In this document: in pieces, positions 53,391 through 62,817 of the stretch | Numbering within the stretch: the first letter of the stretch is position 1 | How the letters are laid out: the number at the start of each line of letters is the position of its first letter | Assembly (NCBI GenBank): GCA_902776455.1 | Contig: CACYQI010000026.1 | Location: forward strand, 5,686 to 69,685 | Source of the DNA: an uncultured Bacteroidales bacterium | GTDB lineage: Bacteria; Bacteroidota; Bacteroidia; Bacteroidales; Bacteroidaceae | Length of the DNA: 64,000 nt | Reading direction: 5' to 3' | Notes under the pieces: model-generated | Database searches by the model: none | Told to the model about the DNA's origin: nothing | What the model saw: only the letters and a program-made list of their open reading frames with translations | Made by a program: the position numbers and the translations under genes

Positions 53391-53516
53391 ACACTTGCGA
53401 AGTTCGCGTGCTAAGTTTGCAAACTTAACGTGCCAAGTTTGCAAACTTAACGTGCCAACTTTGCTAAGTTAACGTGCTAAGTTTGCGAAGTTGACGTGCG
53501 AAGTTTGAATCTTCAC
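53391..53516. repeat. tandem array of about 5.7 units of a 22-nt repeat (K family, aagtttgcaaacttaacgtgcc)
   Basis: Units at 53391, 53413, 53435, 53457 and 53479. Each contains the 14-nt palindrome aagtttgcaaactt or a variant. Confidence 0.9.
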
Positions 53517-53663
53517 ATATAATTACCTTGAAATTGCCCATTATTATATTTTATGGTCTTTCTTCGGCATTCGCCTCCAGCTCGTTACGCTTCGGCGGGC
53601 TTGAAGTCAAATCAGCTCGAAAATAGCCTAAGAGCCATTCAAAGCCAATACATAGCCTCCCCC

Positions 53664-53700
53664 CAAAAAGAAAAAGAAGTAAAGTCCCCCTTACTTCTTT
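53664..53700 (-). terminator. terminator of rpmH
   Basis: agaagtaa-N8-ttacttct stem, followed on the minus strand by ttcttttt. Confidence 0.65.
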
Positions 53701-53726
53701 CCCTATTTGCTTCAAGTAGTGTGTGT

Positions 53727-53882
53727 TTACTTGCCGTGTTTTTCGTCTGAAACGGTGAGTTTCTTGCGGCCTTTTGCGCGACGTGATGCCAATACGCGGC
53801 GACCGGTTGCTGTTGTCATTCTCTGACGGAAACCGTGCTTGTTGTTGCGGCGACGGTTGTGGGGCTGAAATGTTCTTTTCAT
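53727..53882 (-). CDS. rpmH: 50S ribosomal protein L34 (absent from the ORF track because it is under 60 aa)
   Basis: Manual translation: [51 protein letters not shown] (51 aa). Confidence 0.9.
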   Translation of the reverse strand: MKRTFQPHNRRRNNKHGFRQRMTTATGRRVLASRRAKGRKKLTVSDEKHGK

Positions 53883-53929
53883 ATCGTTTGTTATTGCTTA
53901 ATTATTATGTCACATTCGGATTCGGGGTG

Positions 53930-53937
53930 CAAAATTA
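53930..53937 (-). promoter_or_regulatory. -7 box TAATTTTG for rpmH
   Basis: Plus strand reads caaaatta, 48 nt upstream of ATG 53882. Confidence 0.6.
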
Positions 53938-54043
53938 AGCCTTTTTTTTCATTTATACAAGTATTTGGCAACTTTTTCTTACTAACTTTTCAACTTTTCA
54001 ACTTTTTCACCCGTTCAACTTTTCTATTTTTCAATTTTATTCT

Positions 54044-54051
54044 TACCTTTG
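54044..54051 (+). promoter_or_regulatory. -7 box TACCTTTG for efp
   Basis: tacctttgcagccgaaat is identical to the etfB promoter 18-mer. It is preceded by a ttcaactt array (53971-54043). Confidence 0.65.
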
Positions 54052-54183
54052 CAGCCGAAATGGTCGATAAGGTGATTAGTTGTTTGGTCGTTTAGGGGGC
54101 ATTACCCGAAGCCAACACAGAATTCTCCATACGGCCAAACGACAGAACAACCCAACGACTAAACATTTTTAAAACCTAAATTT

Positions 54184-54702
54184 ATGATTAATTCACAGGA
54201 CATCAAGAAGGGCACCTGCATCCGCATGGACGGCAAGCTCTATTTCTGCATCGACTTCCTTCACCGCAAACCCGGTAAGGGCAACACCATCAAGCGCTTC
54301 AACATCGGCGAGCGCCTTGAAGACGTGCGCGTAGAGCGTCGTCCCTATCAGTACCTCTACAAGGACGGCGACGACCTGGTATTCATGAACAACGAGACCT
54401 ACGAACAGATTACCATAGCTCCCGACCAGGTGAACGGCGTGAAGTTCCTCAAGGAGAGCGAGAACGTGGAAGTTGTCGTCGATGCCAGCACCGAGACTGT
54501 GCTCTATGCCGACGTGCCCGTCAAGGTGCATCTGCAAATCGTTTGGACAGAACCCGGCCTGAAGGGCGATACAGCCACCAACACGCTGAAGCCTGCCCGC
54601 GTTGAGACCGGCGCAGAGATTCGTGTGCCCCTCTTCATCGAGGAAGGCGAGACAGTCGAAGTGGACAGCCGCGACGGCAGCTACCTCGGCCGCGTAAAGT
54701 AA
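54184..54702 (+). CDS. efp: elongation factor P, about 16 residues shorter than canonical
   Basis: KPGKG loop and GLKGDTA block are present. The protein is 172 aa, and only IKR separates KPGKGNT from FNIGERLEDVRVE. Confidence 0.85.
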   Translation: MINSQDIKKGTCIRMDGKLYFCIDFLHRKPGKGNTIKRFNIGERLEDVRVERRPYQYLYKDGDDLVFMNNETYEQITIAPDQVNGVKFLKESENVEVVVDASTETVLYADVPVKVHLQIVWTEPGLKGDTATNTLKPARVETGAEIRVPLFIEEGETVEVDSRDGSYLGRVK

Positions 54703-54741
54703 GAGCCACCCCCCTGACTCACAGGGAAAACAATTAAAGGT

Positions 54742-54781
54742 ACAGGGACTTGTGGAATGCCACAAGTCCCTGTTCTGTTTT
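54742..54781 (+). terminator. terminator after efp (potentially bidirectional)
   Basis: acagggacttgtgg-aatg-ccacaagtccctgt followed by tctgtttt. Confidence 0.8.
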
Positions 54782-54890
54782 CATGCGCTTCCTTCGGTTT
54801 GGCGAAGGTCTGTCTCGCTACTTAACCATGACCTTGACTTTGTCGAGGTCATTCACGCTCGGCATAGCTCAAACAAGTTTGGCTCTGCAC

Positions 54891-56741
54891 TCACTTAACC
54901 ATGACCTTGACAGCCCTCTCGCCAATCTTCACGATAGCTGTGGAGCCTGCGGGGAGCTTGGAGCGAAGCGTGGCTGTGTCCTGACCGCTGACGATAGTGT
55001 CCAGGAGCATACCACTGGTGTTGTAGGCCGACACCTCTGTGCCTGCATCCAAGCCGCTGACGGTAATGGTGCCAGCTTGCGACTGAATGAGGACAGGCAG
55101 AGCCTTTACTTCGTTCACGGCATCTTCGGCAATGATGCCATTGGTGACTGGCTGGCGGTCAATCCAGCAGAGGGTGGCAGTTGCCACTTCGCTGTTGTCG
55201 CAGCCTGCCTTTGTGGCATAGACGCTGATGACGTAGGTGGCGGAGAGGGAAACCTCGTTGCCGTAGTGCGTCTTGACGTCGGCATCGGTGATAGTGGCCA
55301 CGCACTCGGCTCCCTCGGTTGTGCTGGTGAAGGTCAGCTTGCCGCCAGCATAGCTGATGGTGGGCGTAGCGCATATCTCGGGCGTTGGCGGTTCGGGCGT
55401 GCTTCCGTCTGTGGCTTTCTTCGTTCCGAACAGGCTCCAAGGCTCTTTTGCCTTGTAAAGCTCTATAGATGCCGCCGGTACATGAAGCGTGGCATACTCG
55501 ATGTATGAGTTTTCAAAAGCATTACTTTCAGTAGAGGGAACATCTTCGGCATAGCAATAGACGTCTGTCAGCTCCGGGCATTTGGCAAAGGCATAGTAGC
55601 CGATGCTTTTCGTTCCGCTGCCGATGGTGACGGAGGTCAGGCTTCTGCAATACTCGAAGGCATAGTTGCCGATGCTGGTTACGCTGTTGGGGATGGTGAC
55701 AGAGGTTAGGCTGCTGCAATTCTTGAAGGCATAGTTGCCGATGCTTGTCACGCTGTTTGGGATGGTGACGGAGGTCAGGCCACTGCAACCATAGAAGGCA
55801 CTTTGGTCGATGCTTGTCACGCTATTCGGGATGGTGACGGAGGTCAGGCCGCTGCAACCAGAGAAGGCTTGGGAGCCGATGCTGGTCACGCTGTTGCCAA
55901 TGGTGACGGAGGTCAGGCTGCTACAATCTCTGAAGGCATAGTCGCTGATGCTGGTCACGCTGTTCGGGATGGTGACGGAGGTCAGGCCGCGGCAACCATC
56001 GAAGGCCCAGTTGCTGATGCTGGTCACGCTGTTGGGGATAACAAGGTCTTTTATTTCCTCGCCATTCATATATAAATGATGAGCATATGAAAGAGGATTG
56101 GAACCACCAAAAGCGATATTGCACCATGCTGCTACATCTGTTATATGGACGGAGGTCAGGCCGCTGCAATTCAGGAAGGCATAGCTGCCGATGCTGGTCA
56201 CGCTGTTGGGGATGGTGACAGAGGTCAGGCCGCTGCAACCATAGAAGGCTCTGTCGCCGATGCTGGTCACGCTGTTTGGTATGGTGATGGAGGTCAAGCC
56301 GCTGCAATCTTCGAAGGCATAGTCGCCGATGCTGGTCACGCTGTTGGGGATGGTGATGGAGGTCAGGCTGGTGCAGTAATAGAAGGCCTTTTCGCCGATG
56401 CTGGTCACGCTGTTGGGGATAGTGACGGAGGTCAGGCCGCTGCAATTATCGAAGGCAGATTCGCCAATGCTGGTCACGCTGTTGGGAATGGTGATGGAGG
56501 TCAGGCCACTGCAACCATAGAAGGCACGGTAGCCGATGCTGGTCACGCTGAATTCCTTACCGTCGTAGGTAAAGGAAGCAGGGATGTTGACTTCGCCAGA
56601 GTAGTATCCACTTGGCTTTTTTGTTACTTCGGCTTGTCTTGCCTTGACTATCAGATTGTACCAGATGCCGTCGATTTCTACAGATGCGTTTGCCACTATT
56701 GACAGCAGGGCCACAAGAAGAAGTAAAAGTTCCCGTCTCAT
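54891..56741 (-). CDS. BspA-like leucine-rich-repeat surface protein with T9SS C-terminal domain (intact paralogue of 10518-13507)
   Basis: Start [19 protein letters not shown] at 56741, IPNSVTSIG 23-aa LRRs. The C-terminal 170 aa are colinear with the 13507 gene (…[24 protein letters not shown]…KVMVK). Confidence 0.8.
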   Translation of the reverse strand: MRRELLLLLVALLSIVANASVEIDGIWYNLIVKARQAEVTKKPSGYYSGEVNIPASFTYDGKEFSVTSIGYRAFYGCSGLTSITIPNSVTSIGESAFDNCSGLTSVTIPNSVTSIGEKAFYYCTSLTSITIPNSVTSIGDYAFEDCSGLTSITIPNSVTSIGDRAFYGCSGLTSVTIPNSVTSIGSYAFLNCSGLTSVHITDVAAWCNIAFGGSNPLSYAHHLYMNGEEIKDLVIPNSVTSISNWAFDGCRGLTSVTIPNSVTSISDYAFRDCSSLTSVTIGNSVTSIGSQAFSGCSGLTSVTIPNSVTSIDQSAFYGCSGLTSVTIPNSVTSIGNYAFKNCSSLTSVTIPNSVTSIGNYAFEYCRSLTSVTIGSGTKSIGYYAFAKCPELTDVYCYAEDVPSTESNAFENSYIEYATLHVPAASIELYKAKEPWSLFGTKKATDGSTPEPPTPEICATPTISYAGGKLTFTSTTEGAECVATITDADVKTHYGNEVSLSATYVISVYATKAGCDNSEVATATLCWIDRQPVTNGIIAEDAVNEVKALPVLIQSQAGTITVSGLDAGTEVSAYNTSGMLLDTIVSGQDTATLRSKLPAGSTAIVKIGERAVKVMVK

Positions 56742-56778
56742 ATCTTTTGTTTTATAGTTAATTACTCGTTTTGCTGTA

Positions 56779-56786
56779 CAAAAGTA
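56779..56786 (-). promoter_or_regulatory. -7 box TACTTTTG for the LRR paralogue
   Basis: Plus strand reads caaaagta, 38 nt upstream of ATG 56741. Confidence 0.65.
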
Positions 56787-56887
56787 CAAAGAATTTCAAT
56801 ACCTTCAAAGTATTGTGTGATTTTTTTTGTCTGAAAACCCCTCACAGCCTCCCCAAAGTGTTTCCGTGTGGCATACCCCACCCCTAA

Positions 56888-56910
56888 CCCCTCCCCTGCG
56901 AGGGGAGGGG
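56888..56910. repeat. GC-rich palindrome cccctcccc-N5-ggggagggg (mirror of 8756-8778)
   Basis: The flank ccccacccctaac is the reverse complement of the flank at 8779-8791. Confidence 0.9.
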
Positions 56911-57108
56911 AAGAGAGGCTGAAACCATATCAGCGAGAGCTTTCTCCATGTACTCCATGTGCTCCGTAGAAATAAAAACTCTAAGGAGCCAAGGAGTCAA
57001 AGGAGGGAAGCGGGGCCTTCTCCATGTACTCCATATACTCCGTAGATAAAAAGGCCCCCAGCCTCCACATTGGGAGGAGGAACGCTCAGTTGCAGCTAAG
57101 AGGCTCTA

Positions 57109-57221
57109 GTTCGGACGGATTTGCAATCCGGCCGTTTTGAGTTTAGGGATTTGTAATCCCCCAGCTTATAGCATTACAAATGCTTTTTCTCAATTCTGTC
57201 GGATTTCAAATCCGCCAGAAC
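57109..57221. mobile_element. MITE-like four-hairpin element (F family), copy 2
   Basis: gttcggacggatttgcaatccggccg...cggatttcaaatccgccagaac. Confidence 0.7.
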
Positions 57222-57475
57222 TGGATGCTTCTCCATGTACTCCGTAGAAAAAAAACTCTAAGGAGTCAAGGAGTCAAAGGAGAAGTGAAGCCCCATTCCC
57301 GCCTCCAAAACTCCTTTACTCCTATACTCCTTAGACATTAATAAACTCTACGGAGCCAAGGAGTGAAAGGAAGGAAGCGGGGCCTTCTCCATGTACTCCA
57401 TATACTCCGTAGATAAAAAGGCCCCCAGCCTCCATCTTGGGAGGAGGAACGCTCAGTTGCAGCTTAGAGGCTCTT

Positions 57476-57589
57476 GTTCGGACGGATTTGCAATCCGGCC
57501 GTTTTGAGTTTAGGGATTTGTAATCCCCACAGCTTATAGCATTACAAATGCTTTTTCTCAATTCTGTCGGATTTCAAATCCGCCAGAAC
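57476..57589. mobile_element. MITE-like four-hairpin element (F family), copy 3
   Basis: Near-identical to copy 2, 367 nt downstream. Confidence 0.7.
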
Positions 57590-57704
57590 AGGATGCTTCT
57601 CCATGTACTCCGTAGAAATAAAAACTCTAAGGAGTCAAGGAGTCAAAGGAGATATGTAATAATGTATCGCGCGCATGTGCGTACACAAGGTTTTTTCCCG
57701 AGAA

Positions 57705-57812
57705 AATCTGCCAATCTGCCACAGAGGGGCTTTATCGCGCTGAAGCACAAACGGATATGCGTGTGGCAGATTTGTGGCAGATTGTTGAAAATGTGGCAGA
57801 TTGTGGCAGATT
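57705..57812. repeat. decamer-word hairpin (D family), mirror copy
   Basis: aatctgccaatctgccacag ... gtggcagatttgtggcagatt...gtggcagattgtggcagatt. Confidence 0.8.
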
Positions 57813-57853
57813 TGGGGGTGCAGGTACAGTTTCCTTCCGGCATCATCCAACTA

Positions 57854-57993
57854 CACGTGAGTCCACTTGAAAAGTTCAGATGTCTGCTTTTGCTCTTACA
57901 GAGCGATACATAACTGCTTGATTACTACCCAGGGCGCTGCCCTGGGCTAAGAGCTTTTAGTCCTTACAGGACTTTTTCGAGCAACTTCACACG
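57854..57993. repeat. multi-stem S element, mirror copy
   Basis: Reverse complement of 9178-9318 with substitutions. The cccagggc/gccctggg stem is kept while the loop changes (atc vs gct). Confidence 0.75.
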
Positions 57994-58032
57994 TTAAGTC
58001 AGGCAACTCTACACGTTAAGTCCCCCAACTTC
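57991..58032. repeat. C-family 22-nt units (2 copies), mirror
   Basis: acgttaagtcaggcaactctac acgttaagtcccccaacttc. Confidence 0.7.
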
Positions 58033-58042
58033 ACTCGCTAAA

Positions 58043-58167
58043 ACACTCCACGGAGTATCGGCTAACACTCCACGGAGTATCGGCTAACACTCCACGGAGT
58101 ATCGGCTTACGCTCCACGGAGTATCAGCTTACACTCCACGGAGTATCGGCCTACGCTCCACGTTGTG
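58043..58167. repeat. A-family 22-nt tandem array (about 5.5 units, acactccacggagtatcggcta), mirror
   Basis: Head-to-tail 22-mers in reverse orientation relative to 8880-9085. Confidence 0.9.
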
Positions 58168-58392
58168 TTCGGTACAGCCCCCAAGCCTCTCCTATATCCT
58201 CCCCTAAAGGGAACCGATAGGTCGATGGCCGTTCCGCCTGCACCTGAGGCAACAGCCGAAGAAGGGAAAGGCAGGGACTTCCGCCCCCCTCTATGTTCCC
58301 TGTTAGGGGGAGGAAAGCGGGCGAAGAAAGTCACTTGCGGCAGTTAGCATAGAAAAATGGAGTTAATCTTTTATTAATTGCCAACTTATTCG

Positions 58393-58400
58393 TACCTTTG
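58393..58400 (+). promoter_or_regulatory. -7 box TACCTTTG for RND operon 2
   Basis: cgtacctttgcac, 16-49 nt upstream of the candidate start codons. Confidence 0.65.
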
Positions 58401-58448
58401 CACAATAATTATATAATGTATATGAACGTTAGAAACAGAATCCCCTGT

Positions 58449-59576
58449 ATGAGAAGCATGGTTCGTATGTTGGCGCTGGCGTCGCTGGCGGTCGTGGTGG
58501 CAGCTTGCGGCAGCAGTTCGAGCAAGACGAAGAAGGACCAGATCAAGTACGAAATCCGTAAGGTAGAACCCGAAACGAGGGTCTATAACATCTATATTCC
58601 GGCTTCGCTCCACGGACTGAGCGAGGTGGAGGTCTTCCCGCAGGTGTCGGGTATCATCCGCGAGGTGAACTTCAAGGACGGCTTCAAGGTGAAGAAGGGA
58701 CAGCCGCTGTTTGTCATCGACCAGACAGAACACAAGTTGAACGTGCAGAACGCTCAGGCTAACCTTGCGGCTGCGAAGGCTCAGATGGAGACGACCAAGC
58801 TCAAATACGAGTCGAACCAGAAACTTGCCGCGAAGAAGATTGTGAGCGAATACGTGATGTCCACCAGCATGAACGCCTACCATGTGGCCCAAGCCGCTGT
58901 CCAACAGGCTGAAGCTCAGTTGGCAATGGCTCAGACAACGTTAAGCTATTGCACGGTGAGGTCGCCCATCACAGGCATCATCAAGGAGAACGGCTTCAAG
59001 ATAGGCGAAGTAGCCGACCTCTCCGGTTTGCTCTGCACCGTTAGCGACGACAGCGAGATTCAGGCTTGGTTCTCTTATACGGAGAGTCAGTTGCTCGATT
59101 TGCTCGACCAATATGGTCTGAAACCCTCATCGGAAGGCTTGAAGGACATTGACGGAAAGACTGTCAGCGCGAAGCTGCCCCGCCTGAAGTTGCAGCTGAA
59201 GAACGGACAGGAGTATGCGCATGAAGGCGTAGTGACAGAGATGGGCGGCATCGTGGACCGCAAGACGGGTACCGTCATCTGTAAGGCCACCTTCCCCAAC
59301 CCCGACTACGAGTTGCGTTCCGGCCTCTCGGCTACGCTCGTGTTCCCCATTCAGATGAAGGAAGTGTTCCGCGTGCCGAAGACGGCAGCCGTTCACTTGC
59401 AGGACCACCTGATGTTCTATCGTGTAGGCAAGGACGGAACCGTGGAAGGTGTCATCTGCGAGGCAATACCTTCGAACAGCGGACAGAACTATTATGTGAA
59501 GAGTGGCTTGCACAGCGGCGACGAGATTGTCATCAACGGCGTGCAGAACTTGTCTAACGGAGTGAAAGTGAAATAA
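58449..59576 (+). CDS. RND periplasmic adaptor lipoprotein (MFP/HlyD family); start could also be ATG 58416
   Basis: MRSMVRMLALASLAVVVAAC lipoprotein signal and adaptor-type barrel-sandwich/coiled-coil pattern. Confidence 0.8.
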   Translation: MRSMVRMLALASLAVVVAACGSSSSKTKKDQIKYEIRKVEPETRVYNIYIPASLHGLSEVEVFPQVSGIIREVNFKDGFKVKKGQPLFVIDQTEHKLNVQNAQANLAAAKAQMETTKLKYESNQKLAAKKIVSEYVMSTSMNAYHVAQAAVQQAEAQLAMAQTTLSYCTVRSPITGIIKENGFKIGEVADLSGLLCTVSDDSEIQAWFSYTESQLLDLLDQYGLKPSSEGLKDIDGKTVSAKLPRLKLQLKNGQEYAHEGVVTEMGGIVDRKTGTVICKATFPNPDYELRSGLSATLVFPIQMKEVFRVPKTAAVHLQDHLMFYRVGKDGTVEGVICEAIPSNSGQNYYVKSGLHSGDEIVINGVQNLSNGVKVK

Positions 59577-59577
59577 T

Positions 59578-59671
59578 AATTCATAATTCTCAATTCATAA
59601 TTCATAATTACTTTTCGCGAAGAGTCTGGGCGTAGCCTTAATTATGAATTATGAATTGAGAATTATGAATT
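59578..59671. repeat. perfect 32-bp inverted repeat of octamer words (aattcataattctcaattcataattcataatt / reverse complement) with a 30-nt loop
   Basis: Arms at 59578-59609 and 59640-59671 are exact reverse complements. The element fills the adaptor-pump intergenic space. Confidence 0.95.
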
Positions 59672-59688
59672 AACAATATGTTGATAAA

Positions 59689-62600
59689 GTGAAGGTTCAT
59701 TTTTTTGTAAAGCATTGGGTAGCGGCATTTGCCATCGCTGTGCTGACGGTTGTCATCGGAGCGGTAAGCCTGCAGACCCTTTCTGTGGAGCAATACCCCG
59801 ACATCGCTCCGCCCATGGTTACCATTAGTGCCACGTATAGTGGTGCTGATGCCCATGCTGTGATGGAGTCTGTCATCATGCCGCTGGAGGAGGTTGTGAA
59901 CGGCGTGGAGAACATGATTTACATGGACGCTACGGCCACTTCCAACGGCGAGGGCGAGATTGATATCTACTTCAAGCAAGGCACGGATGCCGACCAAGCG
60001 ACTGTGAATGTGCAGAATCGCGTCAGTCAGGCCTCAGGCGTATTGCCTGAAGATGTCATCAGAAACGGCGTGACCGTACAGAAGAACGTCAACGCCACCT
60101 TGATGATTATGAGCTTGGAGAGCACCGACGGCAAGTTCGACCAGTCGTTCATCTCCAACTACCTCGACATCAACGTCATGCCAGCCATCAGCCGTATTGC
60201 AGGCGTAGGCAGAACGATGGTGATGGGCGAGCAGTATGGCGTGCGCATCTGGCTGAAGCCCGACCTGATGGGCCTCTATGGCGTGACGCCCGACGAGATA
60301 GTGGCAGCCATCAACGAGCAGAACCTTGTTGTCCCTGTTGGCCGCTTGGAGAGCGCTACCGACAAGATAGACATCGAGTTCAACGGCCTGCTGGACGACA
60401 TGAAGCAGTTCGAGAACATCATCATCCGCGCTTCTGAGAAGGGCGAGATACTCCGCCTGCGCGACTTGGCAGAGGTGGAACTGGGTGCCCGCGCCTACGA
60501 CTTCCGCACGAACATCAGCGGCAAGCCCGGCGTTATGTTCTACGTCAAGCAAGCTCCTGGAGCCAACGCCACGAAGGTGAACGCCGAAATCAACAAAGTG
60601 CTGGCCGAGGTGGAGAAGCGTCTGCCAGCTGGCTTGGAGTTCAAGCTCCTCGAGACCAGCGACGACTTCCTCTATGCCTCGATGTACAACGTCGTTGAGA
60701 CCCTCATCGTCGCCATCATCCTCGTGGTGCTTGTGGTCTATTTCTTCCTGCAGGACTTCCGAGCCACCCTCATTCCATCCATCACGATAGTCGTCTCGCT
60801 GATAGGCACCTTTGCCATCGTTAAGATAGCCGGCTTCTCGCTGAACCTGCTGACGCTCTTTGCCTTAGTGCTTGCCATCGGTACGGTGGTGGATAACGCC
60901 ATCGTTGTGGTGGAAGCGGTGATGACGAAGCTGGAACAGGGTACATCGAGCATGCGCCGAGCAGTCAGCGACGCCCTCAGCGAAGTGACGGCGGCCTGTA
61001 TCTCTACCACACTCGTCTTCATGGCCGTGTTCATTCCCGTCACCTTCATGTCGGGCACCTCGGGCACATTCTTCAAGCAGTTCGGCATCACGATGGCCTC
61101 TTCCGTCGGCATCTCTACGGTCTTGGCTCTGACACTTTGTCCCGCTCTTTGCGTGCTTCTGATGAGACCCAATAATGGCTCCGAGCACAAGAAAGGCTTC
61201 GGGCACTACATTTATGTGGCCTACTCCACTTCCTATAATGCGCTGCTTGTCAGATACATGAAAGCCATCAAGCGTTTCGTCAGGAAAGCCTCCTACGCTT
61301 GGATTCTCTTGGGCGTCTTCTGTGTGGCAACAGCCCTGCTTGTCATGCGGTCGAAGAGCGAGCTGGTGCCGCAAGAGGACCAGGGCTTCCTGCTTGTCAA
61401 CATCATGCTGGCTCCCGGCACCTACCTGGACGAAACGGAAGCTACGGTATTGCAACTCGAGGACTACATCAAGTCGCTCGACGAGGTGGAGACGGTGGGA
61501 GCGCTGACAGGCTACTCCATGATGGAGGACGTCACCAGCACGAACTACGCCACGCTCATGGTTCGCCTCAAGAACTGGAACGAGCGTGCCTTCTTCAGCA
61601 TCGCCGACATACAGAAGGACATCAGCGACTGGGCCACCATCAACCTGCCGCAAGCCGACGTCACAGCCTTCCAGATGCCGCAGATACCCGGTTACGGTAA
61701 CGGCTCGGACATCAGTTTCAGCCTGCAAGACCTCTCGCGAAGCGCCGACAAGCACGAGTTTGTAGCCATGGGCGAGAAGTTCGTGGAGAAGTTGGCTCAA
61801 AGGCCTGAGACAGAGTTCGCCTCGTCAACATACTCCACCGACTACCCGAAGTACAGGCTCGACGTCGATGAGATAGCCTGCAAGCGCATGGGCATCTCGC
61901 CCAAGACCGTGCTGCAGACCATCGGCACCTTCCTTGCGGGAGACTACATCGGCTCGTACGTACAATATAATAATGTCTATCGCGTGATGGTGCAGGCAGG
62001 CAAGGAGTACCGCATGTCCGAAGCTATGCTGAACAGCATCTTCGTGCCCGTTGGCGACCACATGGTGCCTGTCACGCAGTTTGTCTCGATGCGGCTCGAC
62101 ACGGGTTCGGCTATGGACCTCCACTTCAACCTCTTCCCCTCCTATCCCGTCAGCACGCTCCCCGCCCCCGGATACACCAGCGACGACGTGCGAAAGGCTG
62201 TCGATGAGGTGAAGAAAGAGGTGTTCCCTGAGACCTTCGGCTACGAGTATTCGGGCATGGCTCGCGAGGAAGCCGACAACGCCAACTCAAACGAGACGCT
62301 GCTCATCTATGGCATCTGCATGCTGCTCATCTACCTCATCATGGCTTGCCTCTACGACTCGCTGTTCATCCCGCTGGCCATCATGCTGTCTATTCCCTTT
62401 GCCCTGTTCGGCGCCTACCTCTTCATCATTCCGATGGAGTCGATGGGTGTGGGTGCTAACGTCTATGTGCAGACGGGTATCATCATGATGATAGGCTTGG
62501 TGGCCAAGACTGCCATCCTCATCACCGAGTTTGCCGTGCAGAAGCGAAAGGAAGGCATGAGCATCATGGATGCAGCCATCGGAGCCTGTCAGGACCGCCT

Positions 62601-62817
62601 TCGTCCCATCCTCATGACGGTGCTCACCATGATTCTCGGCATGTTGCCTTTGGCCGTCGGCAGCGGCGCAGGAGCCGTAGGCAACCGCTCGTTGGCACTT
62701 GCCGTAATAGGAGGCATGACGAATGGCACCATAGCCCTGCTCTTCGTCACCCCTGCGTTCTACATGGTGTTCCAGAAAGTTCACGAGAAACTAACTCCCG
62801 AGAAAGATGACGAATAA
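59689..62817 (+). CDS. RND efflux permease (AcrB/HAE1-like), GTG start
   Basis: 1042 aa. The N-terminus (M)KVHFFVKHWVAAFAIAVL fits the RND pattern. Confidence 0.9.
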   Translation: MKVHFFVKHWVAAFAIAVLTVVIGAVSLQTLSVEQYPDIAPPMVTISATYSGADAHAVMESVIMPLEEVVNGVENMIYMDATATSNGEGEIDIYFKQGTDADQATVNVQNRVSQASGVLPEDVIRNGVTVQKNVNATLMIMSLESTDGKFDQSFISNYLDINVMPAISRIAGVGRTMVMGEQYGVRIWLKPDLMGLYGVTPDEIVAAINEQNLVVPVGRLESATDKIDIEFNGLLDDMKQFENIIIRASEKGEILRLRDLAEVELGARAYDFRTNISGKPGVMFYVKQAPGANATKVNAEINKVLAEVEKRLPAGLEFKLLETSDDFLYASMYNVVETLIVAIILVVLVVYFFLQDFRATLIPSITIVVSLIGTFAIVKIAGFSLNLLTLFALVLAIGTVVDNAIVVVEAVMTKLEQGTSSMRRAVSDALSEVTAACISTTLVFMAVFIPVTFMSGTSGTFFKQFGITMASSVGISTVLALTLCPALCVLLMRPNNGSEHKKGFGHYIYVAYSTSYNALLVRYMKAIKRFVRKASYAWILLGVFCVATALLVMRSKSELVPQEDQGFLLVNIMLAPGTYLDETEATVLQLEDYIKSLDEVETVGALTGYSMMEDVTSTNYATLMVRLKNWNERAFFSIADIQKDISDWATINLPQADVTAFQMPQIPGYGNGSDISFSLQDLSRSADKHEFVAMGEKFVEKLAQRPETEFASSTYSTDYPKYRLDVDEIACKRMGISPKTVLQTIGTFLAGDYIGSYVQYNNVYRVMVQAGKEYRMSEAMLNSIFVPVGDHMVPVTQFVSMRLDTGSAMDLHFNLFPSYPVSTLPAPGYTSDDVRKAVDEVKKEVFPETFGYEYSGMAREEADNANSNETLLIYGICMLLIYLIMACLYDSLFIPLAIMLSIPFALFGAYLFIIPMESMGVGANVYVQTGIIMMIGLVAKTAILITEFAVQKRKEGMSIMDAAIGACQDRLRPILMTVLTMILGMLPLAVGSGAGAVGNRSLALAVIGGMTNGTIALLFVTPAFYMVFQKVHEKLTPEKDDE

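Larger units (their letters stand above)
56938..57651. repeat. octamer-word higher-order repeats (E family, reverse orientation) including a 367-bp tandem duplication
   Basis: The anchor ctccatgtactccatatactccgtag occurs at 57020 and 57387. Each duplicate carries one F element. Confidence 0.85.

Noticed and set aside
53160-53560. Whether the rpmH-proximal 22-mer array marks a replication origin (iterons or DnaA boxes).
   Set aside because: I found no TTATCCACA-type DnaA boxes, no dnaA/dnaN nearby and no obvious AT-rich unwinding element. The palindrome differs from DnaA-box consensus.
59677-59691. A possible frameshift at the RND pump 2 start (ATG TTG ATA AAG TGA precedes the GTG start).
   Set aside because: The GTG-initiated N-terminus (M)KVHFFVKHWVAAFAIAVL already fits the family pattern, so no frameshift needs to be invoked.
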